Numbered from the whole stretch's first letter, positions 25,676-39,577 are shown. The stretch: 63,716 nt of DNA, filler included, from Octopus bimaculoides (GCF_001194135.2; 6 parts of 5 records of this genome joined end to end with filler, not necessarily neighbours in it), one strand, 5' to 3'. The notes: generated by a model not told the origin, from the sequence alone. Program-made: numbers and translations.

Positions 25676-26045
25676 ATTTCTTTATTGCCCACAAGGGGCT
25701 AAACACAGAGGGGACAAACAAGGACAGACAAAGGTATTAAGTCGATTACATTGACCCCAGTGCGTAACTGGTAAATAATTTATCGACCCCAAAAGGATGA
25801 AAGGCAAAATCGACCTCGGCGGAATTTGAACTCAGAACGTAGCGGCATACAAAATACCACTAAGCATTTCGCCCGTCATACTAACGCTTCTGCCAGATCA
25901 CTGCTATATATATATATATATAACCCCCTATGGACAATAAAGAAAATATGACTTCCGGGGAATTTGGACTCAGAACGTAAAGACAGACGAAATACCACTA
26001 AACATTTCGCCCGGCGTGCTAACGATTCTGCCAGCTCGCCGCCTT
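25676..26045 (-). mobile_element. Two adjacent S1 SINEs
   Basis: Full copy at 25676-25895 and a second, internally deleted copy at 25920-26045. Confidence 0.85.
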
Positions 26046-26237
26046 TCAGATTTCGGTTCGTAAATTAGTACAGCTTATATGAGGCTCCCGAACGTCAGTG
26101 CCTGAAATGTCCGTATAGTACCCGTTGTACAAAATTTAATCGTCTGTACCCAGACACTAAACAATAGTTTTGAACTCACCACTCACAAGTTTGTAACATC
26201 CCCGCGCTATATTTCCCAATGGCTATTTCTGTACACA

Positions 26238-26830
26238 TGTAGGAGTGGCTGTGTGGTAAGTAGCTTGCCTACCAACCACATGGCTCCGGGTTCAGTCCCA
26301 CTGCCTGGCACCTTGGGCAAGTGTCTTCTACTATAGCCTCGGGCCGACCAAAGCCGTGTGAGTGGATTTGGTAGACGGAAACTGAAAGAAGCTCGTCGTA
26401 TATATATATATATATATATATATATNNNNNNNNNNNNNNNNNNNNNNNNNNNNNNNNNNNNNNNNNNNNNNNNNNNNNNNNNNNNNNNNNNNNNNNNNNN
26501 NNNNNNNNNNNNNNNNNNNNNNNNNNNNNNNNNNNNNNNNNNNNNNNNNNNNNNNNNNNNNNNNNNNNNNNNNNNNNNNNNNNNNNNNNNNNNNNNNNNN
26601 NNNNNNNNNNNNNNNNNNNNNNNNNNNNNNNNNNNNNNNNNNNNNNNNAGCATCGCTTGACAACCGATGCTGGTGCGTTAACGTCCCCGTAACTTAGCGG
26701 TTAGGCAAAAGAAAACCGATAGAATAAGTACTAGGCTTACAAAGAATAAGTCCTGGGGGTCGATTTGCTGGACTAAAGGGGGTGCTCCAGAATGGCCACA
26801 GTCAAATGACTGAAACAAGTAAAAGGGTAG
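26238..26830 (+). mobile_element. S2 SINE, full length, gap in the internal TA repeat
   Basis: Near-consensus head and tail. Confidence 0.9.
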
Positions 26831-27892
26831 AGTAAAATAGTATGTATATAAGCGCGTCAACGCTGTGTATATAAGCTGTATATAAACGCTGCTTGTATGA
26901 GAAAACCCAAGCGCCAGTGATAGACAAACAATTTCAACTCATGCATACACAAAACATAATTGGTGTCTAGTTACCGGACGCTCCTCTTGTCTAATGCAAT
27001 ATTCACTTTCATTAAGTAGCGTTTTCATTTTCTAGTCGTTTTGTTATCGATACTGCCTGATTTGTCATCCATTGTAATCTTCATTAAAATCCCTTTAACT
27101 CCTTTACACTTTCCACCTCAACCACTTTAAATTAACCACGTTATAATAAGCCGATTACAAGTGGATTATACCAGGTGGCGTTGATCTCCTGGCCATAATA
27201 ACTTTCAATGGCGCCAGTTTATTAATGACCTAAACTTTACGCTTGGTTTAACTTTCATACAACCTAAATCTTGGTAGCAATACCAATTTAGCACAGGGAG
27301 ACACGTTTATAGATCGAGGTTCTTTCTAAGGCCTTTTCTGATAATTACGTTTCTCATAATAACCAAGGATAATAAAGATAATGAGGACAAGAATAACAAA
27401 GACAAGCAATAACTACAGCTGCTATTATTGTCTCTGAGATAAATCGTATTTCATAAACATTGTCTGTTTGCTTGTCTTTCTTCTGTATATGTAAACACGT
27501 ATTGTGGCGGTTCTTTCTACACTTCAACAGTCCCACATACTTACACATACTCCAACAGTCCCTCATACTCAAACTCGCGCAAACATTCATACGTATGTAC
27601 GTAGTTACGTACATGCACACTCAGACACGCATTTACGGTGAAAAGGCAAAATTAAAGACCTTTTAACAAGAGAGCCGACAGGCCACAGTTTAAGCTTTTC
27701 AGACGACGACAGTAACAATGAAACAGCTTGTTGGTTAGTCTCAACATTTATTGTTGTTGCTGTTATTACCGTTGTTTTTATTTTTGTTGTTGCTACTGCG
27801 GGTTCGGCTGCTGCTGCCCCTAAGGCTGCTGCTTCCCCTGCGGATGCTACTGCTTACCCTGTGCATGTTGCCTCTGCGGATGCCGATGTTGG

Positions 27893-28555
27893 TCGAATCG
27901 TTAGCACGCCGGGCGAAATGCTTAGCGGTATTTCGTCTGCCGTTACGTTCTGAGTTCAAATTCCGCCGAGGTCGACTTTGCCTTTCATCCTTTCGGGGTC
28001 GATGAANNNNNNNNNNAATTCCGCCGAGGTCGACTTTGCCTTTCATCCTTTCGGGGTCGATGAATTAAGTACCAGTTACGCACTGGGGTCAATATAATCG
28101 ACTTAATCCGTTTGTCTGTCCTTGTGTGTCCCCTCTCTGTGTAGCCCCTTGTGGACAATAAAGAAATAGGTATTTCGTCTGCCGTTACGTTCTGAGTTCA
28201 AATTCCCCCAAGGTCGACTTTGCTTTTCATCCTTTCGGGGTCGATAAATTAAGTACCAGTTACGCACTGGGGTCGATGTAATCGACTTAATCCCTTTGTC
28301 TGTCCTTGTTTGTCCCCTCTATCTTTAGCTCCTTGAGGGCAATAATGAAGTAAGGAACGTTAACACGTCGGGTGAAATACTTAACGGTATTTCGTCGGTC
28401 TTTATGTTCTGAGTTTAAATTCCGACCAGGTTGACTTTGCTTTTCATCTTTTCTGGGTCGATGAATTAAGTACCAATTGCGTACTGGAGTTCATCTAATC
28501 GACTGGCCCCCTCCCCCAAAAATTTCGGGCCTTGTGACTAGAGTAGAAAAGAATG
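27893..28555 (+). mobile_element. Tandem S1 SINE array (about 4 units, alternative tails)
   Basis: Successive bodies at about 27950, 28020, 28190 and 28410, low mutual divergence. Confidence 0.9.
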
Positions 28556-29239
28556 GTGATGTAGTATGATATAAGTAAATTTGTTTCGAAATTGGCACAA
28601 GACCAGCAATTTCGGAGGTGGGGATGAATCATTTACATCGACCCCAATGTTCATCTGGTACTTATTTTATCGAGCCCCAAAGGATGAAAGGCAATGGCGA
28701 TCCCCGCTATATTTGAACCCAGAACGTAAAATCAGAAAAATGTCACTAAGCATTTTATCGTAGTCATGACTGTGGCCGTTGTCCTGCTCGTAGTCCTGGC
28801 TGTGGCTGCTGTCATGCGCGTGGTCGTAGTCGTAATTGTGGTCAGAGACGTGCTCTTGCTCGTGGATCGCAACATTCCCCCCATTTCGTAAGAGAATGTT
28901 GAGATATCCGTCACTCAGACGCCAGGGAATCGGGGTAACCGGCCTTATGAAGCCTAAGGCTCAAACAACAAATAAATAAATAAATAAATAATAATAGTTC
29001 TATTATTGACGATGGGTGAATGAGATGTTAGAACATTGAACAAAATATCTTGCAGAAGATTTCTTGTTTTTTTTTTTGTTTTTTTGTTGTTTTTTTTCTT
29101 GTCACTTGTCTTGTTTTTTTTACGCTCAGTGTTCTATTCCCATCAGGTCGGCTTCAACTTTTTAGCCAGTCCCCTGAGAGTCGTTAAGAGAAACACCAGG
29201 ATGATTCAATTAGCCTCATCCCTTGTCTTGCCGTCTTCC

Positions 29240-29276
29240 GAGCAGCAGCAGCAGTAGTAGTAGTAGTGGTAGCAGC

Positions 29277-29334
<58 letters not shown>

Positions 29335-29370
29335 ACGGTGGTGGTGGTGGTGGTCGTCGTCGTTGTAGTT
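29240..29370. repeat. Compound (CAG)/(TAG)/(TGG)/(CGT) trinucleotide microsatellite
   Basis: Direct reading. Confidence 0.95.
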
Positions 29371-29891
29371 GTGCTGTATTGAGAATTAATTTATTTAGCC
29401 GAGACATGGAAAGCGAAAATTGCTTAAAGGTTAAACACACAAAAAAAAAAGGTATTTTTAGGATAATCTTGACAAGTCTCAAAAAAATTAACATATAATT
29501 AAATCTCTATTTCCCTCCCTCCCCACCCATCCATTGTTTCTTTCTTTTTCTATATTTTTGCACTTTATTTTGTTTTCACACCTCTTTCGCACTTTCATCC
29601 ATTTTTTTTGTCTAAGTTCGCTCTTTCGCCATTTCTAATTCTCTTTCTTTCTTCAACGCATGTTTTTCTACTTCGTAATTTCTCTTTGTTTCTTTCTTTC
29701 TTTCTTCTTTTCCTTCCTTCTTTCTTTCTTCTCTTCTTTTCCTTCTTTCTTACTTTCTTCTCTTCTTTCTTTCTTTCTTTCTTTCTTTACTTCCTCTTTC
29801 TTATTTTCCTTATATATACATATGTATATATATATACACACACACACACACATATATATATATACACACACATACACACACACACACAGAC

Positions 29892-29932
<41 letters not shown>

Positions 29933-30066
29933 CACTCTACTTCTTCATTTTGTCTATCTCTGTAACTCATTCGCCGTTCATTCTCACAATATCTCTATAC
30001 TCTACAACTCCTCCTCTCTCCGTCTCTCTCGCTCTCGCTTTCTCTCTTTCCCTCACCCCATCTCTC

Positions 30067-30101
<35 letters not shown>

Positions 30102-30869
30102 TTCTCTACGTTTCTTTACGTACAAATCCTACTGATCTACCTAACCAATACTCTATAAACAACGTACTTTCCATCTTCGAAACCCTTGGCTGCTGAAAGT
30201 AAACCCACCTTCCTGCTCCACGACTGTTAAGCATTGAAAAGGTCAATTACGTAGGATTTAGAGCTGTCTAATGATACATACACCATTCAAGGAGCCAAGA
30301 TTAAATTGCTGCTTTCCAGCTATTTAGTTTAGCTAAATCATTTTCTTGTAATTCTTCTTGTACCTCGTGTCAAAAAACCAAATATTTCTTACTTTCTTTC
30401 TTTTTTTACGTATGGGGGGATTCAGAATAAGAATGGGTAGGACTGGAGAATGGGGGCTGGTTTTAGCTGTTGTTATCTTGTAGTATGAATCGTAGATATT
30501 GGTATTGTTATTGTTGAAGTTTTGTCTTTCATTATGTTTTTTGGGTTTTTTTTTCTTCTTGTATTATTGTTCTTGCTTTGATTGTTATTGATGTCGCTGC
30601 TGTATATTTTTATTCTTTTACTATTGTTTTTGTCTCTTTGCTTGCTGTTGTTGTTGTTGTTGTCGTCGGCGTTCTGGGTTTTTTTACGATGTTGGTTTTC
30701 GTTTCCTTTATTTATTATTATTTTTTTTGTTTGTTTCTGTCTACGTCTATCGAGTGTCGCTGAGACAAAAGTTTGTTGTTGAAAGCATCACGAGGACATG
30801 TGATTATTTGTCAATTTATTTTGAAGGACGCAATGGCGACGGGAACGGAAAAGCTGTGATGCGCACACA

Positions 30870-30872
30870 CAA

Positions 30873-30917
<45 letters not shown>

Positions 30918-30942
30918 TATAGATAGATGGATAGATAGATAG

Positions 30943-30998
<56 letters not shown>

Positions 30999-31213
30999 CA
31001 AACATGCATTCATACATGTGTACAAGTATTCATTTATTTATTTCGGTGACAGAGGTAATTGTGAGGGGTGAAAGGGGCGGCACCGCTGTTCTGTTACTTC
31101 GCGGCACGATTTATTGCCTTAAGACAAAGCTAAATATTCAAGCATAAAACAAAAACGCAAAGAATAAATAAAAAGAAAACCTATGCTACAAGATTTTTAC
31201 GAAATTGTACACA

Positions 31214-31299
<86 letters not shown>

Positions 31300-31300
31300 T
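30870..31300. repeat. (CA)n, (TAGA)n and a long (TG)n microsatellite
   Basis: Direct reading. Confidence 0.95.
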
Positions 31301-31429
31301 GTGTGTGTTTGGATCTGTTTGTGTATATATATTTGTGCTTAAGTTTGTGTGTATCTGTTTGTGTGTTTATACAGATATCTACAAATGCGTTAATATCGGT
31401 CTACAAAATGTACCTGTACGTTAGTCAGT

Positions 31430-31641
31430 TTCTGCCGTTACGTGTGTGAGAGGACAAACCATAGGGAGGACAAACAAGGACAAAGGTATTAAGTCGATTA
31501 TATCGACCCCAGTGCGCAACTGGTACTTAATTTTTCGACCTCGAAAGGATGACAGGCAAAGTCGACCTCGGCGGAATTTGAACTCAGAACGCAACGGCAG
31601 TCGAAATACTTAGTGGTAACGTTTCTACTAGCTCACCGCCT
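31430..31641 (-). mobile_element. S1 SINE
   Basis: S1 body and tail on the minus strand, partially deleted head. Confidence 0.85.
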
Positions 31642-32445
31642 TACAGTGGTTGTTGACATCCTTTTGACATCCTCTCCAGTTCCCTCTTCAGTTTTGCGCA
31701 GCCTGGGCTAGATGTAAGAAAATCCTGGGTCACCCAATCTTCAGGATTCCTCTCTCGACCTTGCTGACGNNNNNNNNNNNNNNNNNNNNNNNNNNNNNNN
31801 NNNNNNNNNNNNNNNNNNNNNNNNNNNNNNNNNNNNNNNNNNNNNNNNNNNNNNNNNNNNNNNNNNNNNNNNNNNNNNNNNNNNNNNNNNNNNNNNNNNN
31901 NNNNNNNNNNNNNNNNNNNNNNNNNNNNNNNNNNNNNNNNNNNNNNNNNNNNNNNNNNNNNNNNNNNNNNNNNNNNNNNNNNNNNNNNNNNNNNNNNNNN
32001 NNNNNNNNNNNNNNNNNNNNNNNNNNNNNNNNNNNNNNNNNNNNNNNNNNNNNNNNNNNNNNNNNNNNNNNNNNNNNNNNNNNNNNNNNNNNNNNNNNNN
32101 NNNNNNNNNNNNNNNNNNNNNNNNNNNNNNNNNNNNNNNNNNNNNNNNNNNNNNNNNNNNNNNNNNNNNNNNNNNNNNNNNNNNNNNNNNNNNNNNNNNN
32201 NNNNNNNNNNNNNNNNNNNNNNNNNNNNNNNNNNNNNNNNNNNNNNNNNNNNNNNNNNNNNNNNNNNNNNNNNNNNNNNNNNNNNNNNNNNNNNNNNNNN
32301 NNNNNNNNNNNNNNNNNNNNNNNNNNNNNNNNNNNNNNNNNNNNNNNNNNNNNNNNNNNNNNNNNNNNNNNNNNNNNNNNNNNNNNNNNNNNNNNNNNNN
32401 NNNNNNNNNNNNNNNNNNNNNNNNNNNNNNNNNNNNNNNNNNNNG

Positions 32446-32643
32446 GTGGTTATGTTCGAGATTGCTCCAATCTGGCCAGCCCCAAGGAAAAACCAAGCTA
32501 AGAACATTAAATTCCTTGAAAGAAAGCAGCGACTGTATAGGAAAACACGGACGGAAAAAAAACGGAGAAATGTTACACAAATACAAATGCAAATAACAGG
32601 ACATAACAACAGATGTCTTTCGACTAAGGACGAATTAAATTAA
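32446..32643 (+). mobile_element. Degenerate CR1-like LINE RT C-terminal fragment
   Basis: FEIAPIWPAPRKNQAKNIKFLERKQR resembles the remembered motif LEY(A/C).P(I/V)W.P..K..I..LE.VQR. Abuts a gap. Confidence 0.4.
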
Positions 32644-34409
32644 GCTGGCGTGTGTAGATGTGAAGCCTTACGGCAGGGACATAAGAGATAACAGGCATGG
32701 GGAGGAATATAAATGCTGCACGGATGGTAGTCGAACCAAGAAAGAAAGGTCAGGCATGGCCGAACACCGGTCACGTGGAGAGAGAGAAGAGAGGTAGATG
32801 CAGAGAGACACATATATATATGTGTGTCCGCGCGAAATATCTTGTAGTTAAGTTCTTAGTAACTTTTTTTCTGCGACTATAAAGACAATGACACATACAC
32901 ACGAATACATTTATACCTTGCCCATGTTACCACATGGGGAAACTGAACCCGAGATCAAATGGTTGCAAATAGTGCTACATAACCACCACGTACACATTTC
33001 CAAATTGTTATGAATCCATTGAAAATGTCCTTAAGATAAATATTTAGTTGGAAAGCAAAGTGATACTTTTAACGCTCTCGCATTTTTAGTAAGGTACTTC
33101 ATGTATAATGCAATCAAAACTTGGTCAGTTCCACTCCTTGGAATATTGATTTTAAGACAAAATCCATTATGGTACCTATTTGGTTTTTCTACCCCATACA
33201 ATATTGCTTCGCTTCAGCTTGTTTATAAATGGGCTCTCAACCCGAAGTAAGCTTTCAATTTTAGCCGGAAAATACTCTCTTGTTGTTTTATGCAAACGAA
33301 TGTTGCATATGTGAATCGCTCGTATTTTAACTTAGGGATTTGCTTTTCCTGTTTTTTTTTATTTTCTTTATAATTTACTGATGCTATCAAAGCACCTGAC
33401 ATCACATTCATAGTTACAGAATCATTCCAGATTTTTAGTTTGAGCATAACTGAATTTACTTTACGTCAGACTTCGAAATTTTATACTGGTATCCTCTGCT
33501 GTAATCGCATGCAAGTAAGTGAATATGTCAGAAAGATATGTAAATTCTTATCGTTTTTGCTCTTTTTCCTTTATTTTTTTTTCTCGTTCAACACTGATCT
33601 TTTAGTTTGGTAGAAAGTTCAAAAGGATCTTCCGTTAGAAAAATAACGAATTTCTTCATGCACTTCAAAAAAAAAGAAAAAAAAAAGAAAACACATGGTA
33701 ACATTTCTCAAACATGATAACCAATGCATTTCTGTAGTAATAACGTTAAATGCAAACTTTCCGTGCTTTCACCTGATTAATCTGAAAACTCATGTAACTT
33801 TTACTGGTTTCAGTCATTAGACAGTGTCCATGCTGGAGCACATCCTCTAAGAAGGTTAGTCAATTTTTTCTTTTAAGCATGGTGCTTATTCTGTCCACAG
33901 AGACGAAAACTCACCAACGTCCGCTGTCAAGAGGTGNNNNNNNNNNGTATAAATGTTTAAATACATTTATACACACACACACACACACACACACACGCAC
34001 GCACACACATGTAGTTACAGTAATGTAACTACAAACGTGCCATTGGCGATTTCTTTTTCTTCTTAGGACTTTTCTCTTTCTCTTATCCGACGAAGATCCA
34101 TGCTCAAAACGTCAAACTCTCGCCTTTCACCGAGCGTCAAGCTACTACATACCTTGTCAACGTTCTCATGTTGTCCACCGGGTTAAGAGAGTATGTTTTA
34201 TCTTTTACTTGTTTCAGTCATCAGCCTGCGGCCATGCTGGGGCACCGCCTCGAATTTTAGTGGAGCGAATCGACCCAATTACTTATCATATCTTGGTCTG
34301 TAACATATTCTATCGGTAATACAGTTCTATATTTAAGAGATGAGGAATTATGTTCACTATTTACATTATTTACATTTGACGGATATTTGTCCTCATCTTG
34401 TTTGCTGTT

Positions 34410-34455
34410 AACACAACGTTTCGGCTGATATACCCTCCAGCCTTCATCAGATGTC
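34410..34455 (-). ncRNA. Minimal type I hammerhead ribozyme motif
   Basis: GACAU-CUGAUGA-A-GGCUG(10)CAGCC-GAAACGU-U-GUGUU. Confidence 0.8.
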
Positions 34456-34541
34456 TTGGGGAAATTTCTAGGGCATATGGCGTAGTGGTTAAGAGCTCGG
34501 GCTACTAAACCCATGATTCCGAGTTCGATTCCAGGCAATGA

Positions 34542-34656
<115 letters not shown>

Positions 34657-34707
34657 AATATCGAGAAATACCTTAGGAATGAGAACCCAGGTTCGAAATT
34701 TCACCAA

Positions 34708-34753
34708 GACACCTGATGAAGGCTGGAGGGTATATCAGCCGAAACGTTGTGTT
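34708..34753 (+). ncRNA. Minimal type I hammerhead ribozyme motif; predicted cleavage after GUU at 34748
   Basis: GACAC-CUGAUGA-A-GGCUG(GAGGGUAUAU)CAGCC-GAAACGU-U-GUGUU. Confidence 0.85.
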
Positions 34754-34955
34754 AACAACAAACAAGATGAGGACAAATATCCGTCAAATGTAAATAATGT
34801 AAATAATGTATATGCTATCGGTCTCCGTAACTTTACCGAACTGCAGTTGCATGGACGTAAACATATAAACACCTGTTGTCAAGTGGTGGTGGTGGGGGGG
34901 AACACACACATACACACACACAAATACATACACTCCCCCTCCCCCTCTCTCTATA

Positions 34956-34995
<40 letters not shown>

Positions 34996-36177
34996 GACGA
35001 GCCTCTTTTAGTTTCTACCAAATCCACGCACGAAACTTTGGTCGGCCTGAGGCAATAGTAGAAGACACTTGCCCAAGGTGCCACGCAGTGGAACTGAACT
35101 TGGGAACTACGTGACTTAAGGAGCTAAATTCTTAGCACACAGCCACGCTTGTGTGTGTTTAGTTAATTTGAACACGTCTTATTGGATGTCTCAAATGCAT
35201 TTCACATTTCATGCATATGCCTGGACCCTTAGTAATTAGAAACCTACAACCTGTCAATACTTATTAACGCAATTTTATTCATTTAGTTCGCATTCCATTA
35301 TCTATCTTGCACAGAACTTTAAGTTTTCTTAAACTGTGTGTGCTTCACATGTTAATATTTACGTATATTTGACACAAATGAAAATAACCTTTATTTTCAT
35401 TCAATTCCAAACATTTTCATTTAAGATATTCTTCACTTTCTTTAAATTCGAATGTGTTATCTTTAAATGCTGTTTTCTCTTAGCTGGATTTAAGCTTCTA
35501 TTTTAAAAGATTTCCAAATCCAACACACAATCATCTTCAGTTATATAACCAATCCAAGTGAAGCCATTAAGTAATAAATATTTCATCATATTTTTTTTAT
35601 TTTTTTATTTTGAATTTGTTTTAATAATGTTTCTGAAGGTGAACTTGACGTTGTTTCAAGCTGAGTAAAAAACTTCGTTCGGTCAACTGCTTGCGATCTG
35701 CTATTATCAGAACTATCAACAAACCTTATTGATTTTTAACCGCTTATTTATCGAGAATGTGAATAGGATGAAATTTATTAAATATAAAACAAGATCATAA
35801 CTACCCACAACATTTATCTATCATCACTATTCATGCGTTGGAAAAAGCCACTCTGCAGACTATTTATGACCAATAGCCATCATTATATTTAAGCAACATT
35901 CCACATTTATTGCTGCCTAAACAGAAAACTATTGAATATTATCCGGTAATGTTAGCTTCAGCTGCTAAATTTCCTCTATTTCAGTCGAATACTTCCAGAA
36001 CTAACAATCTCAAATCAAAACTGAATATTTATTACTTAAACAAAAGTTACTGTGAAAGATCTTACCTAAATGTGCATTATGCTTGTATGCATAAATACAC
36101 CACACATATACACACGCATATATAAAAACATATATATTACATATATACATATATAAGCATATATCCATGCGTATGTT

Positions 36178-36604
36178 GTTGGCACTCCGTCGCTTACGAC
36201 GTCGAGGGTTCCAGCTGATCCGATCAATGTGCGTGTGGGTACACACACATACACACACCCTCACATATATCTATCTATCTAGCCTGCTCGTGAAATTAAC
36301 GTGCAAGTGGCTGAGCACTCCACAGACACGGGTACCCTTAACGTAGTTCTAGGGAATACTCAGCGTGACACAGTGTGACAAGGCTGACCCTTTGAAATAC
36401 AGGTACAACAGAAACAGGAAGTAAGAGTGAGAGAAAGTTGTGGTGAAAGAGTACAGCAGGGTTCGCCACCATCGCCTGCAGGAGCCTTGTGGAACTTTAG
36501 GCGTTTTCTAGCAATAAACACTCACAACGTCTGGTCTCGGAATCTAAAACGCGACCCTACGACCGCGAGTCCGCTGCCTTAACCACTGGGCCATTGCGCC
36601 TCCA
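36178..36604 (-). mobile_element. S3 SINE, near full length (interrupted by a CA repeat)
   Basis: Head GGAGGCGCAATGGCCCAGTGGTTAAGG; tail ...GAACCCTCGACGTCGTAAGCGACGGAGTGCC. Confidence 0.85.
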
Positions 36605-36987
36605 CTGTTGTAGGCTAGCAGCTACAGAAAGTTTTCATCAGGGAGAAGATTAAAGATGGCGGCAGTTCAATGGTGGAAGAACTACGCTTAGTGATAAATG
36701 CAAAGCCGGGAGGTAGAGACTGAACTAAGGTACTGAGCGATAGAGAGACGTGTACCGCAGATGCCAGAGATACGAGAGTATAAGCCTCGTCTAAGATACG
36801 AAAGTCACTGCTGGCTATAATTTCCGTAAGAGGTCTGTAAAGATGACCTTGACAAGAGATGTAAAGCGCACTGCTAACACAGTAGGACATGGTGTTGACT
36901 TATAAAAATGTTTAATATACTATATATAGAATATTACGGTTGCATAAAGAAATACCGTGTGCCTACAAGTCATTAATATACACCATT

Positions 36988-37218
36988 AATATGAGCTGGC
37001 TGAATCGTTAGCACGTCCGGGTGAAAGGTTTAGCAATATTTCGTCTGTCGCTACGTTCTGAGTTCAAATTCCACCGAGGTCAACTTTGCCTTTCATCCTT
37101 TCGGGGTCGATTAAATAAGTACCAGTTACGTACTGGGGTCAATATAATCGACTTAATCCCTTTGTCTGTCCTTATTTGTCTCCTCTATGTTTAGCCCCTT
37201 GTGGGCAATAAAGAAATA
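36988..37218 (+). mobile_element. S1 SINE with perfect 16-bp TSD
   Basis: ATTAATATACACCATT at 36972-36987 and 37219-37234. Confidence 0.92.
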
Positions 37219-37779
37219 ATTAATATACACCATTGTAGCATTACAGACAATCGTTGCCTATTCGTGAGTGGCAGCCACACTCGAATATACCTGCATTCAT
37301 CGCATTTGATGAGGCAGCATAATGAAGGTATTAGAAGAGTTATTAAAAAGGTTTAGAGAAAGAAGCAAGATGCAGAAGGAAAAAAAATGAAATTTTCAAT
37401 GGTCGTCTCAGACGGATTGAGATCGGCAATAATGCCCTTTGAACATGTACCTACTTATTTATGTACACCTTTCGGTGAGTGTAGACATATGTAACTGAAA
37501 TGCATAAACAACACGAATAACCATGCTTCAAGAGTCAATAGACCTTTAAAATGTTTTTATTGAGAGAACGCCATAACATGTAAGCAAACCTATGGTGGAA
37601 TTTTTGTATTGCATATAACGTATAACACACACATACACATACACACACTTATATATGTACACGCACGCATACAGACACACACATGCGAGCACACACATGC
37701 AAACATACACATATAATATGCATATTATTTTTAGGCATTTATATATATGTATACATATATGCATACAGACATACACACA

Positions 37780-37896
37780 TATATGTATGTATGTATGGAC
37801 ATGTATAGATAGATAGATTGACAGACAGATAGACAGACAGATAGATAGGTAGGTAGGTAGGTAGGTAGGTAGGTAGGTAGATAGGTAGGTAGGTAA

Positions 37897-37951
<55 letters not shown>

Positions 37952-38471
37952 CATTTCTTTTATTAGCCACACAGGGCTCAACGAAGATGGGACAANNNNN
38001 NNNNNNNNNNNNNNNNNNNNNNNNNNNNNNNNNNNNNNNTTAATTAATTAANNNNNNNNNNNNNNNNNNNNNNNNNNNNNNNNNNNNNNNNNNNNTAACT
38101 TGGCATTTTCGTGTGTATATAAAACGGGAATCCTATTGTGTTCGACGCACAGATTCACAGTTGTAGCTTTGCATATCGGAAGGAAACATCATTAATACCT
38201 GCTGTAGTAATTAAGAGATGTATTCTATGCTTCTTTATAGTTTTTTTTTATTAATTAATCTTCTTAATGAGCATTTGGCTTTTGGAAATCATATGCTTCA
38301 TCATAACGTGTGGTTTGTCTTGTGTTTTCCGTATTCTAAGTCTAGCTATGTTGTTTGATTCTGTTATTATAACGGACATGTTGCGTTTGTGTTTGCTGTC
38401 AGATTTCTGATTACACACATACACATCGTGTAATTATATGTGCGTATATGTCTGTGTATATGCTTGTGTGA

Positions 38472-38530
<59 letters not shown>

Positions 38531-39125
38531 GTATGTGTGTATCGATAGCCATATATACATATATACATACATATATATATATACACCCAACCAAGTATTC
38601 CTTACAAATCTGTATGTGTATAAACACATGCGTTTCTGTGTATACCTCTCTCTTTCTCTTCTCTCTGTCTGTCTCTCTCTCTGTCTCTCTCTCTGTCTCG
38701 CTCTCTCTGTCTCAAGGTCGACAACTAGAAACTAAGAGTAACGATTCGAGCAGTTTTCAGCTTTCTAAGCTCATCCTCCTTGTGTTGGCTTTGTAGCCTT
38801 TTATCTCTTGTTTACAGTTTGTGTTGACGTTTGTCTCATTGTATTCTGAGCTATAACAGGGAGCTAGTCCGTGTGTCTATTTGGTGTATGTGTGGAGAGA
38901 GAGAGGGGAGAGATAAGTAGATAGATAGACAGACAGACAGAGAGGGATAGATAGATAGATAGATAGATAGACAGAGAGATAGATAGATAGATAGACAGAG
39001 AGATAGATAGATAGATAGACAGAGAGATAGATAGATAGACAGAGAGAGATAGATAGATAGACAGAGAGAGATAGATAGATAGACAGACAGAGATAGATAG
39101 ACAGACAGACAGAGACGGAGAGGTG

Positions 39126-39157
<32 letters not shown>

Positions 39158-39170
39158 CATGTATGTGTAA
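37780..39170. repeat. (TAGA)/(TAGG)/(GACA)/(TA) microsatellite fields
   Basis: Direct reading at 37800-37950, 38475-38590 and 38900-39160. Confidence 0.9.
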
Positions 39171-39577
39171 GTTTATATGTATATGGAGAGATATATATAC
39201 ATATATATGTGTGAGTGAATATATCTGTATAGGTAAATATGCATAAATGTGTGTCTGTAGATATTTGTGAAAGCGTGTGTGTTGCGCTCGAAACTTGTGC
39301 AAAAGACGCCATCACATTTTATTTGGTGACACAGGTCGTTCAAATTGTTCCTGATGGCGAGCGTAACTCTTCCTCTGTACACAAAGCCAACAGAGACTCC
39401 ATCACAAGCGGACACGTTGAGCTCTACTCCCAAATCTTCATGACTAAAATTCATGTTTGTGTATTGTCCTACCCACAGATCGTTGTCTCTGGAGACTGTC
39501 CCCCTCGTTGAATCAAATGGGTGGCAGGTCCGAGCTCTGCGATGGATGCAAGAATTACCAACCAAACTGATTTGCCT

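Noticed and set aside
26850-27350. Homeobox-site-rich unique stretch as an enhancer
   Set aside because: TAAT-type words are expected often in AT-rich DNA; unsupportable without conservation data.
31641-31769. Minus frame RERNPEDWVTQDFLTSSPGCAKLKRELERM as a LINE or gene end
   Set aside because: Too short, cut by a gap, and no diagnostic motif.
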